Source: Nocardioidaceae bacterium (GTDB lineage: Bacteria; Actinomycetota; Actinomycetes; Propionibacteriales; Nocardioidaceae). From it: a stretch of 64,000 nt of DNA. Every line of letters starts with the position of its first letter. Within the stretch, counting starts at the first letter, position 1. Below, piece by piece: positions 39,288-47,553 of this stretch. A program made the position numbers and the translations under genes. The notes beneath the pieces were generated by a model. It saw only the letters and a program-made list of their open reading frames with translations. It made no database searches and was not told the origin of the DNA. The stretch is from assembly GCA_035633755.1 (NCBI GenBank), contig DASQEH010000054.1:14503-78502 (forward strand). Reading direction: 5' to 3'.

Positions 39288-40196
39288 GTGCCGCACACCG
39301 TCATCGAGCTGCTGGAGCTGCTCGAGCTCGAACGACTCGAGGTCGACCTCTACCGGGGTCGGCAGCCCGACACGCTCATGCAGCGGGTCTTCGGCGGCCA
39401 GGTTGCTGCGCAGGCGCTTCGAGCCGCGTCTCACACGGTCGAGCCGGAGCGGGCTGTGCACTCATTGCACTCGTACTTCCTGCGGCCCGGGGACACCGCC
39501 GTGCCCATCGTTTACGACGTCGAACGCATCCGCGACGGGCACTCGTTCTCGACCCGCAGAGTAGTGGCGCGCCAGCACGGGAAGCCGATCTACTACCTCA
39601 CCGCGTCCTTCCACCGCTTCGAGCAGGGATGGACCCACTCAGACGCCATGCCGCATGCGCCGGCTCCGGAGGACTGCCCGACACTCGGCGACGTCGTTCG
39701 TCGGCTGAGTGGGAGCCAGAGTCGTGCCTGGGAGCGCGAGTGGGCGGCGCTCGACGTCCGCTATGCGGGGGACTCACGTCCGGGTGGCGAGCTGGGCGAC
39801 AGCGACGAACCGGCACGTGCCCGCATCTGGGTCAAGGCTTCCGGCCCGGTCCCGAGTGACGCGGTGACGAGCACCTGCGTGCTGGCCTACGCGAGCGACC
39901 TGACGCTGCTCGGAGTGAGTCTTGTTCCTCATGGGGTGCTCATCTCGTCCCCGGCTGTGCAGCCGGCGTCGATCGACCACAGCATGTGGTTCCACCGCCC
40001 GTTCCGCGCCGACGAGTGGATGCTGTACGACCAGCACTCACCGTCGGCCTCCGGAGCGCGGGGATTCGCCCTGGGCCGGGTGTTCAACCGACAGGGGCAT
40101 CTTGTCGCCTCGGTCGCTCAGGAGGGCCTCATCCGGCCGGTCGGCGCCGTCCGAGACTCTCTGGAGGCCGCTGCCGAGGAGCAGGCGCTCAAGTGA
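39288..40196 (+). CDS. tesB: Acyl-CoA thioesterase II (double hot-dog)
   Basis: LLELLELERLEVDLYRG.., VFGGQVAAQAL, HSLHSYFLRPGD and the second hot-dog domain, as in TesB. Confidence 0.85.
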   Translation: MPHTVIELLELLELERLEVDLYRGRQPDTLMQRVFGGQVAAQALRAASHTVEPERAVHSLHSYFLRPGDTAVPIVYDVERIRDGHSFSTRRVVARQHGKPIYYLTASFHRFEQGWTHSDAMPHAPAPEDCPTLGDVVRRLSGSQSRAWEREWAALDVRYAGDSRPGGELGDSDEPARARIWVKASGPVPSDAVTSTCVLAYASDLTLLGVSLVPHGVLISSPAVQPASIDHSMWFHRPFRADEWMLYDQHSPSASGARGFALGRVFNRQGHLVASVAQEGLIRPVGAVRDSLEAAAEEQALK

Positions 40197-40199
40197 GCG

Positions 40200-41195
40200 T
40201 CAGTGCCCTTGAGCGTGCCAGATCGTGAGCAGCGCGGTCTCGCGCGCGTGTGCCAAGCCCCATCCCGGCACGAGAGGCGGTTGTTCGTCCTGGATCCACT
40301 GCCAGGTGTCGGCGATCGTCTGTGCCAGCGGTCGAGGTGACAGGCCGCTGGCGATCGCTTTGGCGGGATTGGCAGCCAGGGCCCACTCCTGGAGCCCCTC
40401 GTTCCACAGCGGCAACGACTGGTGCGTCTCGCCCTGGTCGAGGAGCCACTGGGGCTCGACCCACGTCAGTGAGGTGTCGTCCGGCCCCACCGCGCGGACG
40501 GTCGCGTCCAGCAGGTCGCCGAAGCCGAAGGGCGGCGCCGGTGACACGCTGTTGAAGTAGCCGGCCTGCTGCTTCTCGGCCAACGTGACGGTCCAGTCGG
40601 CCTGGTCCCGAGCGTCGATGACCTGGATCGGGCTGTCCGCGGGTCCGGGTGCAAGTACTTCTCCGCCGCGGGCTATGCGGCGTACCCACCAGGTGAATCG
40701 GCCGGTGTGGTCGTGCGGGCCGATGACGTACGTGGGGCGGATGACGGTCAGACCGGATCGGCCGTAGGCGTCCTGAGCTTCCTGCTCGCACAACACCTTG
40801 AGCCCACCGTAGGTGTCACCGGTGACATCTTCGGTCGTCGGGTCGTCCAGCTGCTGCAGGGGGGAGTCCTCGTCGAGCCCCGGCGAGTCAGGGTCCGTGA
40901 AGACCGACATCGTGGAGACGAACACGTGATGACCACCGCGGTCGCCCAGTGCGTCGGCCAGGGAGTGAACCTGTCGGGGGACGTACGCGCAGACGTCGAT
41001 CGTCGCGTCGAAGGACCGTCCGGCGAGCACGGAGAGGTCGCCGTCGCGATCGGCGCGCAGCTGCTCCACGTCGGCGAACGACGGGTCGTCGGTCATCCCA
41101 CGGTGGAGCAGCGTGACGTCGTGCCCGTGGGCGATGGCCGCCTCCGTCATTGCCCGGCCCACGAAGCGGGTACCACCGATGATGAGAATGCGCAT
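40200..41195 (-). CDS. NAD-dependent epimerase/dehydratase (extended SDR) family protein
   Basis: MRILIIGGTRFVGRA Rossmann motif. I chose ATG 41195 over the track start at 41264. Confidence 0.8.
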   Translation of the reverse strand: MRILIIGGTRFVGRAMTEAAIAHGHDVTLLHRGMTDDPSFADVEQLRADRDGDLSVLAGRSFDATIDVCAYVPRQVHSLADALGDRGGHHVFVSTMSVFTDPDSPGLDEDSPLQQLDDPTTEDVTGDTYGGLKVLCEQEAQDAYGRSGLTVIRPTYVIGPHDHTGRFTWWVRRIARGGEVLAPGPADSPIQVIDARDQADWTVTLAEKQQAGYFNSVSPAPPFGFGDLLDATVRAVGPDDTSLTWVEPQWLLDQGETHQSLPLWNEGLQEWALAANPAKAIASGLSPRPLAQTIADTWQWIQDEQPPLVPGWGLAHARETALLTIWHAQGH

Positions 41196-41304
41196 GGGCC
41201 CGACTGTAGTCAGCGCATGTCGTGGTGGGTATACGGGCTCGGGATCGAGAGCAAGTCCGGTCAAGCCTCTGACAGTGAGTAGTTATTTCATTACTCTGAG
41301 TTAA

Positions 41305-42492
41305 ATGGCCTTCCTCCCTCGCTCTTGGACCTCCCTTCCCTGCGTGCTTCTGCTCTCGCTGGCTATGCCGGCTCCGGCGGCTCAAGCGGCCTACCGGCCG
41401 GATTTCCAGGTGCCCTTCGCGTGCGGGGAATCGTGGCAGGGATCCACGCGCCCGTCGCACAGCCCGAGCTCGCGCTCGATCGACTGGAACCGCGACGCGT
41501 ACGACGAGGGCCACCTCGTCGTGGCAAGTGCTCCAGGTGTGGTGGATTCCGTCATCGACCTTGGCGACACGAGCTACGGCTTGTACATCGTCGTGGACCA
41601 CGGCAGCGGCTGGTCCACGGTGCACGCCCATCTGCTGAAGAGCCTCGTCGTCGCCGGACAGCGTGTCGACGCGGGGCAGACGCTGGCACTGCTCGGCAAT
41701 TCGGGAGGCTCCTCGGGCGCCCATCTGCACTACGAGCAGCGGGTCGACCGGGTGGACCAGTGGGCCGTCTTCGACGCCACGCGATTCGCCTACGACTCGT
41801 GGTTGCGGTCGAACAACTGTCCGGACGTTCCCGTGGTGGGGGACTGGACCGGTCGAGGGCGGAGCAGCGTCGGGGTGTTCCATCGCGGCGCCGAAACCGG
41901 GGTCTTCCGCCAGCGGCACCCGTTGGGGGCAGTGACCCGCGTGCGCCTCGGGCTGCCCACCGATTCGCCGGTGGTGGGCGACTGGGACGGCAACGGCCGC
42001 ACGGACGTCGGTGTGTGGCGCACGGCGGGCCGGCAGTTCACGCTGGCGACAGCTGGCGGGCCGACCCGGTCCTTCCGCTTCGGCCGCGTCGGTGATGTGG
42101 CCGTCTCGGGTGACTGGGACGGCAACGGGACGACGGAGGTCGGGTTGTTCCGGCCGGCAACCGCCACCTTCCTGCTGCGTTCGGCGGGCGGTGCCGTCAG
42201 GAGGATCGCATTCGGGAGCACGTCCAGCCTGCCCGTCAGTGGCGACTGGAACGGTGACGGTGTCTGGCAGGTCGGGGTGTACGACGCGAGCACGGCGACG
42301 TTCCGCTTGGCGAAGCAGAGCGGCGGCACCCGGACCCTGGTGTTCGGAGCTCCAGGTGCCCTTCCCGCCGTCGGTTCGTGGGACACCTCGGCGGCCACCG
42401 AGCTGGGAGTCTGGGATCCTGCAACGGCCGCCTTCGCTCAGCGTCTCGGGCCGGGCTCGATCGGCACCGTCCGGTTCGGTCACATCCGCTGA
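41305..42492 (+). CDS. Secreted M23 family metallopeptidase fused to five FG-GAP/VCBS-like repeats
   Basis: Signal peptide ..LSLAMPAPAAQAAY. M23 motifs are VVDHGSGWSTVHAH and GNSGGSSGAHLHYE. Five repeats of about 45 aa each carry GDW(D/N/T)G(N/D/R)G..VG(V/L)(F/W/Y). Confidence 0.8.
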   Translation: MAFLPRSWTSLPCVLLLSLAMPAPAAQAAYRPDFQVPFACGESWQGSTRPSHSPSSRSIDWNRDAYDEGHLVVASAPGVVDSVIDLGDTSYGLYIVVDHGSGWSTVHAHLLKSLVVAGQRVDAGQTLALLGNSGGSSGAHLHYEQRVDRVDQWAVFDATRFAYDSWLRSNNCPDVPVVGDWTGRGRSSVGVFHRGAETGVFRQRHPLGAVTRVRLGLPTDSPVVGDWDGNGRTDVGVWRTAGRQFTLATAGGPTRSFRFGRVGDVAVSGDWDGNGTTEVGLFRPATATFLLRSAGGAVRRIAFGSTSSLPVSGDWNGDGVWQVGVYDASTATFRLAKQSGGTRTLVFGAPGALPAVGSWDTSAATELGVWDPATAAFAQRLGPGSIGTVRFGHIR

Positions 42493-42583
42493 CGCTGACC
42501 GTGACGATGTCGTGGGAGCGCTGACTGGTCAGGCGATCCTGGGCCGGTTGATCCTGTCAGCCCACGCACGCCGACGCGGCGTA

Positions 42584-42657
42584 CTGATCGATCAGTCCAC
42601 GCGGACCGATGCGGCCGAACTCATCCGACAGCCCCACGCGGCGGACTGATCGATCAG
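42584..42657. repeat. Two copies of the 12-nt perfect palindrome CTGATCGATCAG, 62 nt apart
   Basis: Copies at 42584-42595 and 42646-42657. A related CTGAC-TG-GTCAG lies near 42523. All sit in the convergent gap between the M23 and MaoC genes. Confidence 0.85.
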
Positions 42658-42688
42658 GCCATGCAAGCCGACGCGGGGAACGGAGCGG

Positions 42689-43789
42689 TCAGCCGATCGC
42701 AAGGCTGCCGACCAGGTGCACGTCACGGGGCGGCTCACGAGTGGAGCCTTCGTCATGGTCGTCGGCGTCGTCGCCTTTGGCCCCGCGCCTGAGCGTCGGG
42801 CCCGATGCCTCGACCCGGAACGCGATCGGTCCCAGCGTCGGTCCCAGCGTCGGTGCCGGCGTAGACGGGGCGGTCCCCGCCTCCGGTTCGCCGCGGGGAT
42901 CGCGGCGTGGCCCATCCGCGACGTACGCGGACATGTGCACGGTGGATGGCAGAGGAAGGGGACGCTGGAACGCCACGTCGCAGCGCAGCCGACCCGGTGG
43001 GTGGATCAAGAGGTCCTCGAGCTGGGACAGCACCCGGGCGACCGTCCACATGCCATGGGCGATAGGGGTCCGGAACCCGAATGGCCTGGCGGTTATCGCC
43101 GACAGATGAATGGGGTTGCAGTCGCCCGAGGCGGCCGCGTATCTGCGCCCGAGGTCCGCGGGAAGCTGCCATGGCTGGTGGTCCAGCAAGGTGACCAATG
43201 GCTGGTCGACGTCCTCGCCGGGGGAGTCGACCCTCGGCGGCTGCACGCCGACCGGTCCGTCGCTGCGCGGCTCGGTCACGGTCCCGATCGGCGCGCTCGG
43301 GCGCGAGCCGAGGTACGTGCTCGTGGCCCGCCAGACATGCTCTGCCTCGACCTGCGCCTCGGTGACGACCGTGGCCTGCAGACCTCGGCGATGGGGGACC
43401 ACGTCGGTGAGCGAGACGGAGAGCTCAAGGGATTCGAACTCGCCCACCTCTCTGTCCTGGACGATGGAGTTGGACACATGCACCGCTCCGACTGCCGGGA
43501 AGGGGAAGTCCTCACTCGTCATGAGGTCGAGGAGCAGCGGGAACGCCAAGACCTGCGGATAGGTGGCCGGGACCGGCCCGTCGGCCGCGAAACCACACAA
43601 CCGCCGGTACCTCGCCAGGTCCCCGGCTTCGATGTCAACGGGACCGGTGGTCCGCACGTCCGTCCGATCAGGTGAACAAGGTTGCCGGGGCGTCCGTGAC
43701 CTCCACCGGGACTGCGGAATGGCCTGCCACACGGCTCGTAAGTACAGGGCTGGCAGGCGCGGTATCGCGCCGCGCGGTTCCTTGGTCAT
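42689..43789 (-). CDS. MaoC-like double hot-dog (R)-specific enoyl-CoA hydratase/dehydratase (HtdX-like)
   Basis: Hydratase motif region YAAASGDCNPIHLSAITARPFGFRTPIAHGM. ATG 43789 lies 2 nt after the fabG4-like stop. The C-terminal tail of about 70 aa is low-complexity. Confidence 0.75.
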   Translation of the reverse strand: MTKEPRGAIPRLPALYLRAVWQAIPQSRWRSRTPRQPCSPDRTDVRTTGPVDIEAGDLARYRRLCGFAADGPVPATYPQVLAFPLLLDLMTSEDFPFPAVGAVHVSNSIVQDREVGEFESLELSVSLTDVVPHRRGLQATVVTEAQVEAEHVWRATSTYLGSRPSAPIGTVTEPRSDGPVGVQPPRVDSPGEDVDQPLVTLLDHQPWQLPADLGRRYAAASGDCNPIHLSAITARPFGFRTPIAHGMWTVARVLSQLEDLLIHPPGRLRCDVAFQRPLPLPSTVHMSAYVADGPRRDPRGEPEAGTAPSTPAPTLGPTLGPIAFRVEASGPTLRRGAKGDDADDHDEGSTREPPRDVHLVGSLAIG

Positions 43790-43791
43790 GC

Positions 43792-45129
43792 TCAAGCCCC
43801 CAGCAGGCTCTGGCCACAGACGCGGACGGTATTACCGGTGACGCCGCTCGACCTCGGGTCGGCAAGCCAGGCCACCGTCTCGGCCACGTCCACGGGCTGG
43901 CCGCCTTGCCGCATCGAATTAAGTCGGCGACCGGCCTCTCTCAGCCCCAGCGGCATGGCTGCCGTCATCGCGGTCTCGATGAATCCTGGTGCGACGGCGT
44001 TGACGGTGATCGCACGTTCCCGCAGCTCACCGGACAGCGCGTCGACCAGCCCGATGACGCCTGCCTTGGACGCGGCATAGTTCGTCTGCCCCGGGTTCCC
44101 AGCGATGCCGGCGATCGACGACACGGCGATCACCCGGCCGTTCGGCCGAATGATGTCTGCAGCGAGGAGCTCGTTCGTGATGCGCTCCGGCGCGAGCAGG
44201 TTGACGGCGACCACGTCCTGCCATTGCTGCGCTGTGAGGTTCGCCAGGCGGCGGTCGCGGGTGATGCCTGCGTTGTGGACGAGGATGTCCACCCCACCGG
44301 CGAGATCGCGGAGCGCTCGGCTGAGCCGGTGCGGGGCATCGACGGCGGTGATGTCGAGACTGACGCGGTGACCGCCGAGCTCGGTCGCCAGCTTCTCCAT
44401 CGCCTCTGCTGCCTGGGGGACGTCGACGCCGACGATCGAAGCACCGTCGCGATGCAGGGTGCGGGCAATGGCAGCTCCGATGCCTCGCGAGGCGCCGGTG
44501 ACCAGGGCCACCTTGCCGTTCAGCGGGCTGTCCACCACTGCGAGCCCCGCGTCGACCGGGGACACCGGCATGGACACTCGGATCACCTGACCGGACACGT
44601 ACGCCGACTTGGCTGACAGCAGGAACTGCACGGTCGAGGCGATGGCGGACTGGGCTCCTGGGACGACGTACACCAGCTGGACCGTGCTGCCCCTCCCCAC
44701 CTCCTTACCGAGCGAGCGAGTGAAGCCCTCCAGGGCTCGCTGCGCCACCCGGGCCGCTACTGTGCCCGCGGCTTCGGGTGGTGTGCCGAAGACGACAATG
44801 CGGCCGCAGCGTTGCAGCCGGCGCAGCAGCGGGCGAAAGAAGTGCTGCAGCTCCACAAGGTCGGCTGCCGATGCAAGGGCAGTGGCGTCGTACACGAGCG
44901 AGCCGACGTCGCCCTCGGCCGGTGCGGCGGTGCCAGCATCGGCGCCGAGTGCCGAAGCTGCGATCACCTCATCACGCACGCTCCCTCCACCGCCGACGAC
45001 GACCGGGCCCACCACGAGGGGCCCACCCGGTACGTAGCGATCCAAGGGCTGGGGGTCCGGAAGGCCGAGTCGCCTGACCAGGAAGGCGCCGGCGGAACTG
45101 CTGGCCAGTGCCTGGTACCGGTCGGTCAC
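43792..45129 (-). CDS. Two-domain 3-oxoacyl-ACP/CoA reductase (high-molecular-weight FabG, FabG4-like)
   Basis: The C-terminal classical SDR has ALVTGASRGIGAAIA, NAG and YAASKAG. An N-terminal flavodoxin-like extra domain of about 190 aa is present. GTG 45129 follows AAGGAG. Confidence 0.8.
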   Translation of the reverse strand: MTDRYQALASSSAGAFLVRRLGLPDPQPLDRYVPGGPLVVGPVVVGGGGSVRDEVIAASALGADAGTAAPAEGDVGSLVYDATALASAADLVELQHFFRPLLRRLQRCGRIVVFGTPPEAAGTVAARVAQRALEGFTRSLGKEVGRGSTVQLVYVVPGAQSAIASTVQFLLSAKSAYVSGQVIRVSMPVSPVDAGLAVVDSPLNGKVALVTGASRGIGAAIARTLHRDGASIVGVDVPQAAEAMEKLATELGGHRVSLDITAVDAPHRLSRALRDLAGGVDILVHNAGITRDRRLANLTAQQWQDVVAVNLLAPERITNELLAADIIRPNGRVIAVSSIAGIAGNPGQTNYAASKAGVIGLVDALSGELRERAITVNAVAPGFIETAMTAAMPLGLREAGRRLNSMRQGGQPVDVAETVAWLADPRSSGVTGNTVRVCGQSLLGA

Positions 45130-45208
45130 GGTGGGAGCTCCTTGCTGATGCGATGGCCCGCCTCCGTGGGCCAGCCGTGTCGGCAAAGGTAACTTGGTCG
45201 AACAGCGC

Positions 45209-45227
45209 GCGTCACGTCCCGTGACGC
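45209..45227. promoter_or_regulatory. 19-bp palindrome GCGTCACG-TCC-CGTGACGC in the divergent fabG4-like/thiolase promoter region
   Basis: 8-bp perfect arms, 22 nt upstream of thiolase ATG 45249 and 80 nt upstream of the fabG4-like GTG. Confidence 0.45.
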
Positions 45228-45248
45228 CTGAGCAGGGCGGAGCAACGC

Positions 45249-46553
45249 ATGACAGGCGAGCCCACGGCTCGGAAGGTGGCCATCCTCGGGGGCAATCGCA
45301 TCCCGTTCGCACGCGCCAACTCCGCGTACGCGCACGCTTCGAACCAGGACATGCTCACCGCCGCTCTCGACGGGTTGTGCGACCGGTTCGACCTCTCTGA
45401 CGAACGCCTCGGTGAAGTCGTGGCCGGGGCGGTGATCAAGCACTCCCGCGACTTCAACCTCACGCGGGAGTCGGTTCTCGGGTCCCGGCTCTCCGCGCAG
45501 ACGCCTGGGTACGACATCTCGCAGGCGTGCGGGACAGGGTTGCAGGCGGTCATCGCGGTAGCTGACAAGATCGCGCTCGGCGCCAGCGACGTCGCGGTCG
45601 CCGGCGGCGTCGACACCACGTCGGACGTTCCCCTCGCGGTCAGCGAGAGGCTTCGCCACATCCTGCTCGATCTCAACCGGGCCAAGACCGTCCCGCGGCG
45701 ACTACGGGCAGCAGCGCGAATCCGCCCCGGCTACCTCGTCCCCACGCCGCCTCGCAACGCGGAGCCGCGGACTCGCCTGTCGATGGGTGAGCATGCGTCA
45801 CTCAGCGCCGTCGAGTGGGACATCAGCCGGTCGGCGCAGGACGAGCTTGCCGCGAGGTCCCATGAACGACTGGCGGCTGCGTACGACGCCGGGTTCTTCG
45901 ATGACCTGCTCACCCCCTACCTCGGCCTGACCCGCGACGAGAACCTGCGGCCCGACACGTCCGTCGAGAAGCTCGCGCAACTGACCCCCGTCTTCGGCGG
46001 GAGGGGGAAGACCGCCACGATGACGGCCGGCAACTCCACGCCGCTGACGGACGGCGCATCGGTCGTGCTGGTAGGGACCGAGGAGTGGGCGCAGGAACGC
46101 GGTCTGGCGGTGCAGGCGTACCTCGTGGCTCACGAGACGTCAGCCGTGGACTACGTAGGCGGGCGCGAGGGGCTGCTGATGGCGCCGGTCTACGCCGTGC
46201 CACGGATGCTGGAGCGGGTCGGACTGAATCTGCAGGACTTCGACTTCTACGAGATTCACGAGGCGTTCGCCTCTCAGGTGCTCGTCACCCTTAAGGCGTG
46301 GGAGGACCCGATCTTCTGCCGGGAGCGCCTGGGGTTGCTGCACCCGCTGGGCTCCATCGACCCCGATCGGCTCAACGTGGTGGGCTCGTCCCTCGCCGCC
46401 GGCCACCCCTTCGCGGCAACGGGTGGTCGCATCGTGGCGACCCTCGCCAAGCTCGTGTCACAGCGGCGGGCGAGTCAGTCGCGGCCGGTGCGTGGTCTGA
46501 TCTCGATCTGTGCCGCCGGAGGTCAGGGCGTCGCGGCGATCCTGGAGCTGTGA
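45249..46553 (+). CDS. Acetyl-CoA C-acyltransferase (thiolase, FadA2-like)
   Basis: VAILGGNRIPFAR, active-site ISQACGTGLQA, and C-terminal GHPFAATGGR and CAAGGQG. Confidence 0.9.
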   Translation: MTGEPTARKVAILGGNRIPFARANSAYAHASNQDMLTAALDGLCDRFDLSDERLGEVVAGAVIKHSRDFNLTRESVLGSRLSAQTPGYDISQACGTGLQAVIAVADKIALGASDVAVAGGVDTTSDVPLAVSERLRHILLDLNRAKTVPRRLRAAARIRPGYLVPTPPRNAEPRTRLSMGEHASLSAVEWDISRSAQDELAARSHERLAAAYDAGFFDDLLTPYLGLTRDENLRPDTSVEKLAQLTPVFGGRGKTATMTAGNSTPLTDGASVVLVGTEEWAQERGLAVQAYLVAHETSAVDYVGGREGLLMAPVYAVPRMLERVGLNLQDFDFYEIHEAFASQVLVTLKAWEDPIFCRERLGLLHPLGSIDPDRLNVVGSSLAAGHPFAATGGRIVATLAKLVSQRRASQSRPVRGLISICAAGGQGVAAILEL

Positions 46554-46679
46554 CGCGGGCCATCAGGAGCGGCCTCATAGGCGCAAGTGCGGAAGTGACG
46601 AGGACAGGTGTTCGCTGCTCGATGCGGCGACTGTGGGGCTGGAAAGACGCAGGGAGACGTCGGCATTCGGCGTGGGAGA

Positions 46680-47546
46680 ATGACTCCTGTGGACCAGATC
46701 GAGGCAGGCGCAGTGAGGGCCGTACCGGCCCCGTCGAGCTTCGTTGCCCTGGGTGACAGCTTCACCGAGGGACTGTGCGATCCGTCGACAACGCGCAGTG
46801 GGCGGTTCCGAGGGTGGGCCGATCGGGTCGCCGAGGAGCTCGCCGCTTGCAATCCCGCTTTCCAGTACGCCAATCTGGCCGTCCGCGGGCGAAAGCTGGC
46901 CGCGATCGTCGCCGAGCAGGTCCCGACGGCGCTCGAACTGGCTCCTGAGCTCGTCAGCCTCGCCGGCGGGACCAATGATGTCCTGCGGCCGACCGTTGAC
47001 CTGGACGCGTTGAGCCGCACCCTCGAGGACGCGGTGAGACGTCTGCGTGAGAACGGATCCCAGGTGCTGCTCTTCCAGTCGATCGACCCCACGCCCCGCT
47101 CACGCCTGATCGGACGGACACTGCCGCGCATCAAGGCCCTCACGACGCTGGTTGAGGAGGTCGCCGAGACGTACGAGTGTGTCCTCGTGCCGCTGTGGGG
47201 CGCGAGGGTCTTCGGCCATCCGGCGGCCTGGAGCGAGGATCGGCTGCACCTGTCGGCGGAGGGTCACTCCCGGGTAGCCGGCGCTGTGCTGGAGGCTCTG
47301 GGGCTCGGCGATCACCAGTGGGCGGAGGACCTCGGACCGTACGAGGTCGGCAGTCGCCGCGAGCGCCTGTCAGCCGATGCCCGGTGGGCACGACAGCATC
47401 TTGCCCCCTGGGTGGTACGCCGCCTGCGACGCACGTCTTCTGGTGACGGTCTGCCGCCGAAACTGCCCCACTTGACCACCGTCGAGATGCGTCGCGACAC
47501 CAATGCGCTGGCGGCAACCGTCGAAGGTGCTGGTCCTCAGCCCTGA
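46680..47546 (+). CDS. SGNH/GDSL hydrolase family protein
   Basis: Block I FVALGDSFTEG, block III GGTNDV and block V DRLHLS. ATG 46680. Confidence 0.8.
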   Translation: MTPVDQIEAGAVRAVPAPSSFVALGDSFTEGLCDPSTTRSGRFRGWADRVAEELAACNPAFQYANLAVRGRKLAAIVAEQVPTALELAPELVSLAGGTNDVLRPTVDLDALSRTLEDAVRRLRENGSQVLLFQSIDPTPRSRLIGRTLPRIKALTTLVEEVAETYECVLVPLWGARVFGHPAAWSEDRLHLSAEGHSRVAGAVLEALGLGDHQWAEDLGPYEVGSRRERLSADARWARQHLAPWVVRRLRRTSSGDGLPPKLPHLTTVEMRRDTNALAATVEGAGPQP

Positions 47547-47553
47547 CCGGTCC

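Noticed and set aside
41196-41304. Searched for a ydaO (c-di-AMP) riboswitch upstream of the cell-wall hydrolase genes: the M23 gene at 41305, and also the operon upstream region at 56036..56109.
   Set aside because: The leaders are only about 75-110 nt and lack the conserved ACGGGG/CCCGA-type pseudo-symmetric elements I remember for ydaO. They are too short for that RNA.
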